A stretch of 64,000 bases of DNA, taken from positions 17,236,001-17,300,000 of the forward strand of contig NC_043014.1 in assembly GCF_006345805.1 (NCBI RefSeq), given 5' to 3'. Below, piece by piece: positions 11,643-23,486 of this stretch. Numbering within the stretch: the first letter of the stretch is position 1; every line of letters starts with the position of its first letter. The position numbers and the translations under genes are program-made. The notes under the pieces are model-generated. The model searched no databases. It saw only the letters and a program-made list of their open reading frames with translations, and was not told where the DNA came from. This DNA comes from Octopus sinensis (lineage: Eukaryota).

Positions 11643-11835
11643 ATGTATGTATATAATGGGAAGGTTTACGAAAATAAACAAAAGACGAAGGCAGGTAGAG
11701 TACAAACAAACAAATGTATTAGTATGGCACTCAGGAATAGAAATAAAACAAGTCTTTTAACGTTTCGAGCCTACGCTCTTCAACAGAAAGATACACAGAA
11801 AAGAAACAAGGAGAGAAAAAAATTGCGTGTAGGGG
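11643..11835 (-). mobile_element. Probable Penelope-like 3' tail with hammerhead-like motif
   Basis: On minus: ctgTTGAAGAgcgtaggctcGAAACgtt followed by a T-rich tail ending in TA repeats; a related copy lies at ~44100-44225 (+). Confidence 0.45.
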
Positions 11836-11923
11836 CTAATATGTATAGTTATATTTTTCTTACAAAAGATACAGACAGCATAGAAGTGCTGAAGTCAAGC
11901 CTGAGACATTAGACAATTATAAT

Positions 11924-12046
11924 AATGGAATGGAGAAAGCTCAAATCATTTAAACCCATATACATGTGTGTTCGTTGTGGTTTAAATGATTTGAGCTTTC
12001 TCCATTCCATTTAAACCACAACGAACACACATGTATATGGGTTTAA
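11924..12046. repeat. Two overlapping perfect inverted repeats (33 bp and 39 bp)
   Basis: 11924-11956 is the reverse complement of 11979-12011; 11950-11988 is the reverse complement of 12008-12046. Confidence 0.95.
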
Positions 12047-12221
12047 TTATATATATGTGTGCTAATTTACAGACACACACCGACACTCATATACACACAC
12101 ACGGGCATATACTTAAACACACAGACACACACGTGTGTGAGTTCATGCATGGAAGTATATAAAAAAAAAAGCTATAAGACATTAAAACAATGGAATCTAA
12201 GGCCTGACAGTTCTGTGTGTG

Positions 12222-13046
<825 letters not shown>

Positions 13047-13051
<5 letters not shown>

Positions 13052-13230
13052 TTTTATAGAAGGAGCTTCTACAGAGGACTAGAACTGTTTCATTCAAAAG
13101 AAATCATCGATGATTTCTTTTGAATGAAACAGTTCTAGTCCTGTAGAAGCTCCTTCTATAAATAAATTAATTTACTCTGCTATGTATTGAGTACCTTATT
13201 GACTGTGGTTAACCCCGACTTAACCCGGGA

Positions 13231-13232
<2 letters not shown>
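13047..13232 (+). mobile_element. Hammerhead-bearing Penelope-like terminal segment with fold-back palindrome
   Basis: Same family as 34221-34355; ~60-bp arms centred on 13108/13109 (atc|gat); ends ...cccgggacc(TA)n. Confidence 0.8.
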
Positions 13233-13277
<45 letters not shown>

Positions 13278-13289
13278 TATATAATATAT

Positions 13290-13339
<50 letters not shown>

Positions 13340-13398
13340 GTACATAATATATATGTACACATATCTATATATATATATATATAATATATATATAATAC

Positions 13399-13441
<43 letters not shown>

Positions 13442-13472
13442 TATATGTACATATAATATATGTACACATATC

Positions 13473-13508
<36 letters not shown>

Positions 13509-14100
13509 TCTATATATATATATATATATATAACAAAGTGGAGTTGTGGGGTACCGCACGAGTGGAATTATATATGAAAGAAGGTTTGAAAATGCAATTT
13601 AAAAGATGTTTATTTACTTTACAAGTTACACTCTTTGGAAAAAGATTGTCAAAAGTGACAAGTAGAAGTTTGGTTGCATTAATTATTGGTTGTTGCAAAT
13701 TGCTACATTACATATATACAGTCTTTGGTAACAGGGACATGTTAAGGACATAAAAAAGTTAAACAAGTTCCTTAAAATATTGGGCACAAAAGATTACTAC
13801 ATAAATAATCTTTCTCAAGGACATGCTTAAGATAGTTTCCAGAAGGAATTGATATTGGTATTGTATCTGTATATTCAAACATGCACAGAATATTGGTTGA
13901 CACAGAGTACTATAATCCATATAAATATACATTCTTTGGTGACAAGAGTATGTTGAGAATATAAAAAAGTTTAACAAGCTCATTGAAATAATTCCATCGA
14001 TAATAATACAGAGAAGAAAGGAGTCGATATTATCATATGAAGTCCTGGAATCTTATCAACCTCTAACAATGCATCAAGTTTTAGGTCCTAGCCCTGCAAG

Positions 14101-14200
14101 GATGGCCGTGTGGTTAAGAATCTCGCTTTGTAACCATCTGGTTTCGGGTTCAGTCTCACTGCGTGACATTTGGGCAAGTGTCTCCTGCTATAATTTCGGG
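14101..14200 (+). mobile_element. Degenerate 5' part of SINE family A
   Basis: gatggccgtgtggttaag...gggttcagtctcactgcgtgacatttgggcaagtgtc. Confidence 0.7.
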
Positions 14201-14202
14201 GC

Positions 14203-14235
<33 letters not shown>

Positions 14236-14990
14236 ATTATTGTTTACTTGTTTCAGACATTGAACTGCTTGAAGTGTTCATTCGAACAAATCAACTCCAA
14301 TACTTATTTTTTAAAAGACTATGTTACTTTGCGGAAACGCTTTATATGGAGAAATAAACAAACCAGCTCCGATTGTCAAGCGGTGATGGGTGACAAACAC
14401 AAAAACACACACACATATACGACTGGTTTCCTAACTGTTTCGCCGGTGCTGACACTTGCTCAAAGTACTGCACTGTGGGACTCAACTTTTTCCTAATGTC
14501 TTCTGATAGTGTTGAAGCCAGTGAGTGTTAAAAAGTATTTTCCAACACTCAGTCCAGATTAGAAACACTTTCTGCTTTAAGGGATGAATATGTGGGGAGA
14601 AATTCCTTTACATTTAGGAGCATCTTTCCAATATACCTGAAACATGTATAACGAGAAAAAACATGTTCATTTATTTATTTAAAAGCCTTTGAAAGTGGAA
14701 ATTACAGGCGATATGAAAACATCCAAATATTGTCTTTAGTAAAATAAAATATAACTGGAAATCTACTCAGAGATCCGGTCCAGAAATAATTGTTACCTCA
14801 TTAGAGAGGATGTGCCCTTTATTCTTTAGCTATATAGAAAACTACTAATTTTAATTGCGATATATATGAATCAATCAATACTTATTATTCGAAATTCAAC
14901 AAAGGAATAACAGGAAAAAAACGGGTATAGTCAGTCATTGGCAGACATAGTTTATAAGGCTTTCCACTCCTTTCCATCTTCAGCTGCTAG

Positions 14991-15598
14991 AAGTATTTCT
15001 ATTTCTTTATTACCCACAAGGGGCTAAACACAGAGGGGACAAACAAGGACAGACAAACGGATTAAGTAGATTACATCGACCCCAGTGCGAAACTGGTACT
15101 TATTTAATCGACCCCAAAAGGATGAAAGGCAAAGGCGATCTCGGAAGAATTTGAACTCAGAACATAAAGACAGACGAAATACCTATTTCTTTACTACCCA
15201 CAAGGGGCTAAACACAGAGAGGACAAACAAGGACAGACAAACGGGTTAAATCGATTATATTGACCTCAGTGCGCAACTGGTACTTATTTAATCGACCCCA
15301 AAAGGATGAAAAGCAAAGTCGACTTCGGCGGAATTTGAACTCAGAAATTAGCGGCCGACGAAATATCTATTTCTTTATTACCCACAAGGGTCTAAACATA
15401 GAGGGGACAAACAAGGACAGACAAACGGATTAAGTCGATTACATCGACCCCAGTGTGTAACTGGTACTTAATTTATCGACCCCGAAAGGATGAAAGGCAA
15501 AGTCGACCTCGGCGGAATTTGAACTCAGAACGTAGCGGCAGATGAAATATAGCTGAGCATTTCGCCCGGCGTGCTAACGTTTCTGCCAGCTCGCCGCA
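14991..15598 (-). mobile_element. tRNA-derived SINE family B: one head plus three tandem 184-bp body/tail units
   Basis: atttcttta(t/c)taccc recurs at 15001, 15185 and 15369; on minus, head ggcgagctggcagaaacgttagc and B-box gagttcaaattcc. Confidence 0.9.
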
Positions 15599-15609
15599 TT
15601 GAGCGACAA

Positions 15610-16965
15610 CATCCTGCAGTCTGCACGAATCATACGGTGGCAAGTCGTTCTTGGTTGTTTCCTCTCGCTCTTTCCACTCTGTAGGGTGTTAAGCAGCAGA
15701 CACTGTTGATAGCATTCATTGGGTGGGTGCTGCAGTTGGTGACCAACCTATTTCAGCCGGCGTTCCTTTATCCCTGTACTCATTTGATTCTTGTCAGCCA
15801 TTTGGTACAATGTATCATTGAAAACGTGGCCGCTATAAGATATCTGATATATTTTCCTTAGGTTTCTTGTGTAAAAGTATTCACCATGGCCCTTTGCCGG
15901 TTTTTTGCCTGTTACCCATGTTTCTCATCCATATGTAAAAGTCGGAAGTTTTGTCCATCTTTATCTTCATTGTTGTGTTGATGTCAGACGACCAGAGGTG
16001 TTGAAGCTGTGACATGCCGCTCTCCTACTGTCTATGATGTCACAGTTTGAGTTGTGAGAGCAGTTACAGTCGATCCTAGGTAAGTGAATTTATCAACCCT
16101 GGATAGCTGTTTTCCATTTGCCAGGACGCCTGTTGTTTTGTCACTGTTTATATTAATGGTGATGTATTCTGTCCTCGATTCGTTTATTTCTAGCCCCACA
16201 GTCTTGGCTTCTTGCATGACATTACCAAGGTAGTTCTGTGCTTCTATGGGGTAAGGAGCAAAGAGAACAATATCATCTGCAAATGCAAGATAGACCAACT
16301 TATGTGATTCTGGTATTATCTTCCGTATGGGTTGCAACTTTCATCACATGATCCATAACCACCAAAGATAGATAAGGTGTTAAAGTATCACCTTGCAGAA
16401 TTCCGCTCTGAAGTGTGAAGCCAGAAGAATGTTTTCCATTAACAAGAACATATGCTGTTTGGTATTCATAAAGATATCTAACTGCCAATGTTATCTTCGA
16501 TGGTATCCCTATCCTTTCAAAAGTCGCAAACATAGCAGTCCTATGGATGCTGTCGAATAGTTTTCGAAAGTCTATAAACAGCGCAGCTCTTGGGAGACAC
16601 TACTCAACGCAGGTCTCCAATAAACTTTTCGGCGTGTGAATTTGTTCAATGCAACTACAGTTCTTTCTAAAACCTCTCTAGTAGACACTCATATCTTTAT
16701 TTTTGCACGTACACCATTTAAGAGAAGTATATAAAAGACGTTTTGCGATAGTTGGACATCTGTCACAGATCACCCTTCATATGACTGATGACCTCTATTC
16801 CCTAGGCGGCACACTTCTTAAGAGAACCTTGTTGTATATGTCAACGAATGCTGCTTGAGGTGCGTCTCCTCCATATTTGGGTGATTTGTTTACTAGAAAG
16901 AGGTTTGTACCAGGTTCTTTGTCATTTGATGCCTCCTTAAGTACGACAAGAAGTTCAAACATCTC
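15610..16965 (-). pseudogene. Degraded RTE-type reverse transcriptase (old family)
   Basis: FIDFRKLFDSIHR, GILQGDTL, LAFADDI, KFTYLGS, YG*ETW, ERRLK*VGH, spread across frameshifts. Confidence 0.8.
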
Positions 16966-16972
16966 GAAATAT

Positions 16973-17043
<71 letters not shown>

Positions 17044-17047
17044 ATGA

Positions 17048-17111
<64 letters not shown>

Positions 17112-17262
17112 TATCTGTTCTATGTATAACCAAAGAAAGAGCACATCTCAGATGAGGTGACAAGTATGTCTGGACCGGTTCTCTAAGAAGATTTTCAAAT
17201 TCTAATTCATTTTACTAAAGTTAATATTTGGATCGTCTGTAATTTCCAATTTTAAAGGCTTT

Positions 17263-17314
<52 letters not shown>

Positions 17315-17570
17315 CGTGCATTATAACATCAGCCTCACAAGATATAGTATATTATTATCAAATTTTTTTAATAAAGCATCGCTTCGAATTATTTGACAGA
17401 AACACAGAAAAGAGAGATTATAATTTGAAAGAGTACCACCATCATAATCCCCGTCATCACCACCCCTAATGTCGCCCGAATCAAGAATAACCACGTACTT
17501 GGTCAAAGAACAGCCAAACAATAGGGTGCTAGGCAACTAACACAGAGGTGTCAACATCACTAAGGGGGTT

Positions 17571-17866
17571 GATTGGCAGAGTTGTTAGAGCATCAGACAA
17601 ATGCTTTGTGGTATTTGTTCTAAGTTCAAATCCCACCAAAGTCAATTTACCTTTCATCCTTTCGAGGTCAATAAAATAAGTACCAGTCAAATGCCGAGGT
17701 CAAAAGAATATCAACTAGCTCTTATCCCCTGCAAATTTCAGGCCTTGTGCCTATGGTAGAAAAGATTATTAGTATGGTGATGAGTTGGCAGAATTGTTAA
17801 CATGCCAAGCGAAATGCTTAGCGGCATTTTAAAGGTGGCAAGTTGGCAGAATCGGTAGCACGCCGG
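17571..17866 (+). mobile_element. SINE family B-related copy plus two head fragments
   Basis: ttggcaga..gttag..., gttcaaatccc, cctttcatcctttcg; interrupted by the N gap. Confidence 0.7.
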
Positions 17867-17966
17867 NNNNNNNNNNNNNNNNNNNNNNNNNNNNNNNNNN
17901 NNNNNNNNNNNNNNNNNNNNNNNNNNNNNNNNNNNNNNNNNNNNNNNNNNNNNNNNNNNNNNNNNN
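17867..17966. other. Assembly gap (100 N)
   Basis: Seen directly in the sequence. Confidence 1.
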
Positions 17967-17980
17967 GTGCTACATATATC

Positions 17981-19581
17981 ATCATCACCTCCATCATCAT
18001 CATTTAGCGTCCGTTCTCATGCTAGCATGGTTGGACGGTTCAACTGGGGTCTGTGAAGCTGGAACGGCTTCATCAGGCCCAGTCAGATCTGGCAGTGCTT
18101 TCTACGGCTGGATGCCCTTCCTAACGCCAACCACTCCGTTAGTGTGGTGGGTGCTTTTTAACGTGCCACCTGCACAGGTGCCAGACAGAGCTGGCAAACG
18201 GCCACGAACGGATGGTGCTTTTACTTCCCCGGCACGGGCAACGGACACGAACGGCTGGTGCTTTTACGTGCCACCAACACGGGGGCCAGACAGAGCTGGC
18301 AAACGGCACGAAACGATGGTGCTTTTACATGTCACCGGCACGGGGGCCAGGCGAGGCTGGCAACGGGCACGAACGAATGGTGCTTTCATGCCAACCGACA
18401 TGGGGGCCCAGACAGGGCTGGCAAACGGCCACAACCGGATGGCTGCTTTTACGTGTCACCGGCACGGGGCCAGGCGAGGCTGGCAACGGACACAAACGGA
18501 TGGTGCTTTTACATGTCACACGACATGGGGGCCAGACAGGGCTGGCAAACGGCCACGAACGGATGGTGCTTTTACGTTCCCCCGGCACGGGGGCTAGACA
18601 GAGCTGGCAACGCCACCACAACGGATGGTACTTTTACGTGTCACCGCACGGGGCCAGGCCAGCTGGCAACGAACACGAACGGATGGTGCTTTTACGTGCC
18701 ACCCTACACGGGGGGTCAGACAGGGCTGGCGAACGGCTACGAACGGATGGTACTTTTACGTGTCACCTGCACGGGGGCCCTGATGTTGATCGACCCTCAA
18801 TTTGGTTTGATCTTGATTTTGACTGTTCTCACTGGTCTGCCGGGTTTTCTCACGCACAGCATACCTCCAAAGGTCTCGGTCAACTGGTCATTTCCTTGGT
18901 GAGACCTAAAGTTCGAAGGTTGTGCTTCACCGCCTCGACCCAGGTTTTCCTGGGTCTACCTCTTCCACAGGTCCCCCAACTGCCAGGGCGTGGCACTTTC
19001 GCACACAACTATCTTCAGCCATTCTCATCACATGACATACCACCAGCGCATACGTCTCTCTTGCACACAACAACTGATACTTCTTAGGTTCAACTTTCTC
19101 TCAAGGTACTTACACTCTGTCGATTATGAACACTGACGTTACACATCCATCGGAGCATACTAGCTTCATTTCTTGCGAGCTTACGCAAATCCTCAGCAGT
19201 CACAGCCCAAGTTTCACTACCATGTAGCATGCTGTACGTACACATGCATCATACAGTCTGCCTTTTACTTTGAGCGAGAGGCCTTTTGTCACCAGCAGAG
19301 GTAAGAGCTCTCTAAACTTTGCCCAGGCTATTCTTACTCTAGCAGTTATACTCTCAGCGCGCCCGCCCCCGCTACTGACTTGGTCACCTAGGTAACGGAA
19401 ACTATCAACTACTTCTAGCTTTTCTCCCTGGAAAGTGACGGAAGTTGGTCTCAGAGCATCTTCAGTGTTAATTGTTCCTGAGCATCTGCCACATACAAAA
19501 AACCATCTTCCTAGTTAGCCTTCCTTTGACATTGCTGCACCTCTTATGTGTCCATAGCTACACTTGGTGCATCTTATAGAG

Positions 19582-19583
<2 letters not shown>
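17981..19583 (-). mobile_element. RTE-clade LINE, 5'-truncated, with ~10 tandem 3'UTR repeat units
   Basis: 18840-19583 matches the RT C-terminus at 38862-39600; repeat units at 18170-18780; (GAT)n tail at 17981-18003; 5' end abuts (TA)n. Confidence 0.93.
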
Positions 19584-19652
<69 letters not shown>

Positions 19653-20485
19653 TTTTGTGGTTCGGCCGGTACAGTATTCTTGACCTACTTTGTTGAGAGG
19701 TGAGACGGAAAGTCTGGAATAAAAAGCTACAGCCCTTTGTTTACTGGAAGTGTAATGGCTTTTGGAGGGACCTTTGGCCTTGTGCCGGTCGATTAGGGGT
19801 CAGAGAGATGTGAGGGCCGAGGAAGATAGTGTAAGGAAGAATCTAGTGACAGTGAAGAAGAGGAAGAAGAAAGTAGTGAGAAAGACAGAGTAAGGGATCT
19901 GAGAGCTGTCATGAGAGAATGACAGTGACAGCGTCGATATAGTTAGGCAGATAGGGCTGAGAGCAGATACAGAGGATATTAGTGTGCAGAGACAGATTGA
20001 GGGTAGTGATAGAGACAGTCGGTATTCGGTCGTCAAAGCGAGCAGTCGGTTTTTGGGAGTCGAGGCGAGCGGTTGGAATTTAATCAGTCGGCGGTCTTGG
20101 AGCATTGGGACAGAGAGAGATATATACAGAGGAATAGGTGACGGTGGAGATGAGGTACAGTATGAGGCGTTGGCTAATGTAAGGTACGTGAATTGTGTAT
20201 TGATATGTCTTCGGGTGTTAGGCCTGTAATGTCCTTTGAACTGTATATGACTTGTTGATGTCTTTTGAAATAGAACTGTGTCTTCGGACGTGTACCTTTG
20301 AAATGCTGATGTATTGACCTTGATGTGTTGTTATCGGACTGTTATATTGTACCTGCATGTTTAATTGCTTTGATCTATGGTATACCTGTATGATGTATTG
20401 AGTTGTCACGTGCATGACCTCTTAAATGTATCTGAAATGTATTTGATGTTGTAACAATTGATTGTCATAAACTTTTTTTCTTTTG

Positions 20486-20805
20486 ACTCCGCCGGTTACG
20501 ACGACGAGGGTCCCAGCTGATACGATCAACGGAACAGCTTGCTCGTGAAATTAACGTGCAAATGGCTGAGCATTCCACAGACACGTGTACCCTTAACGTA
20601 GTTCTCGGGGATAATCAGCGTGACACAGAGAGTGACAAGGCTGACCCTTTGAAATACAAGTACAACTCATTTTTGCCAGCTGAGTGGACTGGAGCAACGT
20701 GAAATAAAGTGTCTTGCTCAAGGACACAACGCGTCGCCGGGAATCGAACTCACAACCTTACGATCATGAGCCGAATGCCCTAACCACTAAGCCACGCGCC
20801 CTCAC
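20486..20805 (-). mobile_element. tRNA-derived SINE family C
   Basis: On minus: A-box tggcttagtggttagg, B-box gagttcgattcc, then gtgtccttgagcaagacactt...ccactcagctg central domain. Confidence 0.88.
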
Positions 20806-20930
20806 TTGTCATAAACTAGTGTTAAATGTAAGCCAGTGTGCCTTGCCCCTTTGTATCACTCTCTCCTCCTCTCTGAAGTACATGAAAAATAAAAAAACTT
20901 TACCTTGTTATATATATATATATATATATA

Positions 20931-21067
20931 TAGCGGTTCGGCAAAAGAGACCGATAGAATAAGTACTGGGCTTACAAAGAATAAGTCCCGGGGTCGATTT
21001 GCTCGACTAAAGGCGGTGCTCCAGCATGGCCGCAGTCAAATGACTGAAACAAGTAAAAGATAAAAGA
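20931..21067 (+). mobile_element. SINE family A 3' fragment
   Basis: agcggttcggcaaaagagaccg...gaaacaagtaaaaga. Confidence 0.9.
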
Positions 21068-21106
21068 TATATATACATCTACATACATATACACACACAC
21101 ACACAC

Positions 21107-21179
<73 letters not shown>

Positions 21180-21215
21180 ATCTCTGAGCGAGGTATAAAC
21201 AGTAACTGCTCTGTA

Positions 21216-21506
21216 ATATAAGCGGGAACAGCCATCTGAATGTGGCTAGGGACAGGGCGGGGTGGTGGGGGTGTTACTGATGCATTTAGCCCCAGGCGAC
21301 TATAGACGTCACCAGAAGAGCCGACACCATCACGGTGTCCTTGCTAGCCTGTAAAGGGAGATCAGCCTCTCCCTTTACAGGCTAGCAAGGACACCGTGAT
21401 GGTGTCGGCTCTTCTGGTGACGTCTATAGTCGCCTGGGGCTAAATGCATCAGTAACACCCCCACCACCCCGCCCTGTCCCTAGCCACATTCAGATGGCTG
21501 ATCCCG

Positions 21507-21513
<7 letters not shown>
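21216..21513. repeat. Near-perfect palindrome, 146-bp arms, 6-nt loop
   Basis: 21216-21361 vs 21368-21513 with one mismatch; GC-rich; ends in (TA)n. Confidence 0.97.
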
Positions 21514-21586
<73 letters not shown>

Positions 21587-21687
21587 TAAGAAAGTTGGTT
21601 TGTGAAAGCACGTGGGTGAATATATAGAAAATATATTCACTCTTTACTATTTTCTATATATATATATATATACATCTACATACATAT

Positions 21688-21720
<33 letters not shown>

Positions 21721-21721
<1 letters not shown>

Positions 21722-22110
21722 CATCATATCATCGTTTAACGTCCGTTTTCCATGCTAGCATGGGTTGGACGGTTCGACCGGGATCTGGGAAGCCAGGAGG
21801 CTGCAACAGGCTCCAGTCAGATCTGGCAGTGTTTCTACAGCTGGATGCCCTTCCTAACGCCAACCACTCCGTGAGTGTAGTGGGTGCTACATATGTATAT
21901 ATATCATCATCATCATCGTTTAACGTCCGTTTTCCATGCTAGCATGGGTTGGACGGTTCAACTGGGGTCTGGGAAGCCAGGGGGCTGCACCAGGCCCAGT
22001 CTGATCTGGCAGTGTTTCTACAGCTGGATGCCCTTCCTAACGCCAACCACTCCATGAGTGTAGTGGGTGCTTTTTACGTGCCACCGGCACAGGTGCCAGA
22101 CGAGTCTGGC
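21721..22110 (-). mobile_element. Two tandem RTE 3'-terminal fragments (21721-21888; 21905-22110)
   Basis: Each begins (cat)n-cgtttaacgtccgtt..ccatgctagcatgggttggacgg. Confidence 0.92.
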
Positions 22111-22261
22111 AAATGCCCACGATCACTCTCCCCCTCTCTCTCTCTCTCTCTCCCCTTTCCAACTGTCCCAGGATGTCTGCTGAAGCAAGAGTGATTAGGC
22201 CAAGAAGATGTCCATGTCTGTTCATGACCCCTCAGGCACCTAAAATAATTAGCGTGGATCA

Positions 22262-23485
22262 TACTTTTCGCCTTCGGCCCAGTGCGTCCATGATGCCAAC
22301 AAAGCACGCGGAGTTCCGTTCTTGATTCGACGGTCATTCGGAATGCTCACAGCAGCCATATTCCTACCGCTCTATGTCACGCTGGTGAGACCCATATTGG
22401 AGTACGGGATTCAAGCCTCTTCTCCTTGTGCTTGGGCCCTTATTGTTCTTAGTCTTCATAAATGACTTGCCCGACGACCTCACGCAATACACCCTTCTAT
22501 TTGCCGACGGTGTCAAACTGGTGGCTCCTCGCGGTGATATAGAGGATCTTCGTCGATGCCTCCACCAAATTTGGAGATGGTCTAACGAATGGGACCTGTG
22601 TCTGAACGTGTTAAAGTGCTGACATCTGCCTGTTGGCTCTCCTCCTGCAACTCAACTTGATTTCGAGCCGGGTCGTCTGCTGCTGGAGAGGACCGATCAG
22701 GTAAAGGACCTGGGTATCTTGGTGGATTCCTCCTTTTCGCCTTCGGCCCAGTGTGTCAATGCTGCCAACAAAGCACGCGGAGTTCCGTTCTTGATTCGAC
22801 GGTCATTCGGAATGCTCACAGCAGCCATATTCCTACCGCTCTATGTCACGCTGGTGAGACCCATATTGCAGTACGGAATTCAAGCCTCTTCTCCTTATCT
22901 CCTCAAAGACATACAGCATCTCGAAAGAGTCCAGAAGCTGGCTACCCGCATGGTTCTTGGTCTCAAGAATTTGTCTTTTGAAGAAAGTCTGAAAACGCTC
23001 AGCCTTTATTCTGTAGAAAAACGACGGTGCCGTGGTGATCTCATTCTCGCTCACAACATCATAAGCGGAAAGTGTAACCACTCGAAAGAGCTGTTCTTCA
23101 CTCTTGCTCCAGAGCGCCGGCTGCGGGGTCATTCCGAAAAGCTCTATCTGCGATGATTTCATCTCAATCGAAGGAGAGGGGCTTTCTCCGTCCGGGTTGC
23201 GGATCGGTGGAATAAGCTGCCGGACGAGATAGTGAAGATGCCGGCGACTGCTCGGTTCAAAGTCTCTCTTGACCACAAGTGGCCTGAACTCTTTACATGA
23301 ACACCACCCTGTACATAACTCCATGTCTCCCTAGACCATGCCGTGGTGATCTCATTCTTGCTCACAACATCATAAGCGGAAAGTGTAACCTCTCGAAAGA
23401 GCTGTTCTTCACTCCTGCTCCAGAGCGTCGGCTGCGGGCTCACTCCGAAAAGCTCTATCTGCGACGATTTCATCTCAATCGAAGA
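22262..23485 (+). mobile_element. CR1 LINE fragment with internal duplications
   Basis: LGPLLFLVFINDLP, LFADGVKL and ERVQKLATRM; matches 31300-32200; 22262-22428 and 23335-23485 repeat internal segments. Confidence 0.92.
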
Positions 23486-23486
23486 T

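Noticed and set aside
14560-14960. Possible very old RT relic (KAFES..., REDVP)
   Set aside because: The motifs are too degenerate to call.
20730-20805. tRNA gene (likewise the SINE A and B heads)
   Set aside because: A/B boxes are present but the cloverleaf is imperfect and the sequence continues into a SINE body.
22140-22262. Pyrimidine tract plus CAG at ~22170 as a second host exon
   Set aside because: The tract is a (CT)n microsatellite, there is no donor, and the frame runs into a CR1 fragment.
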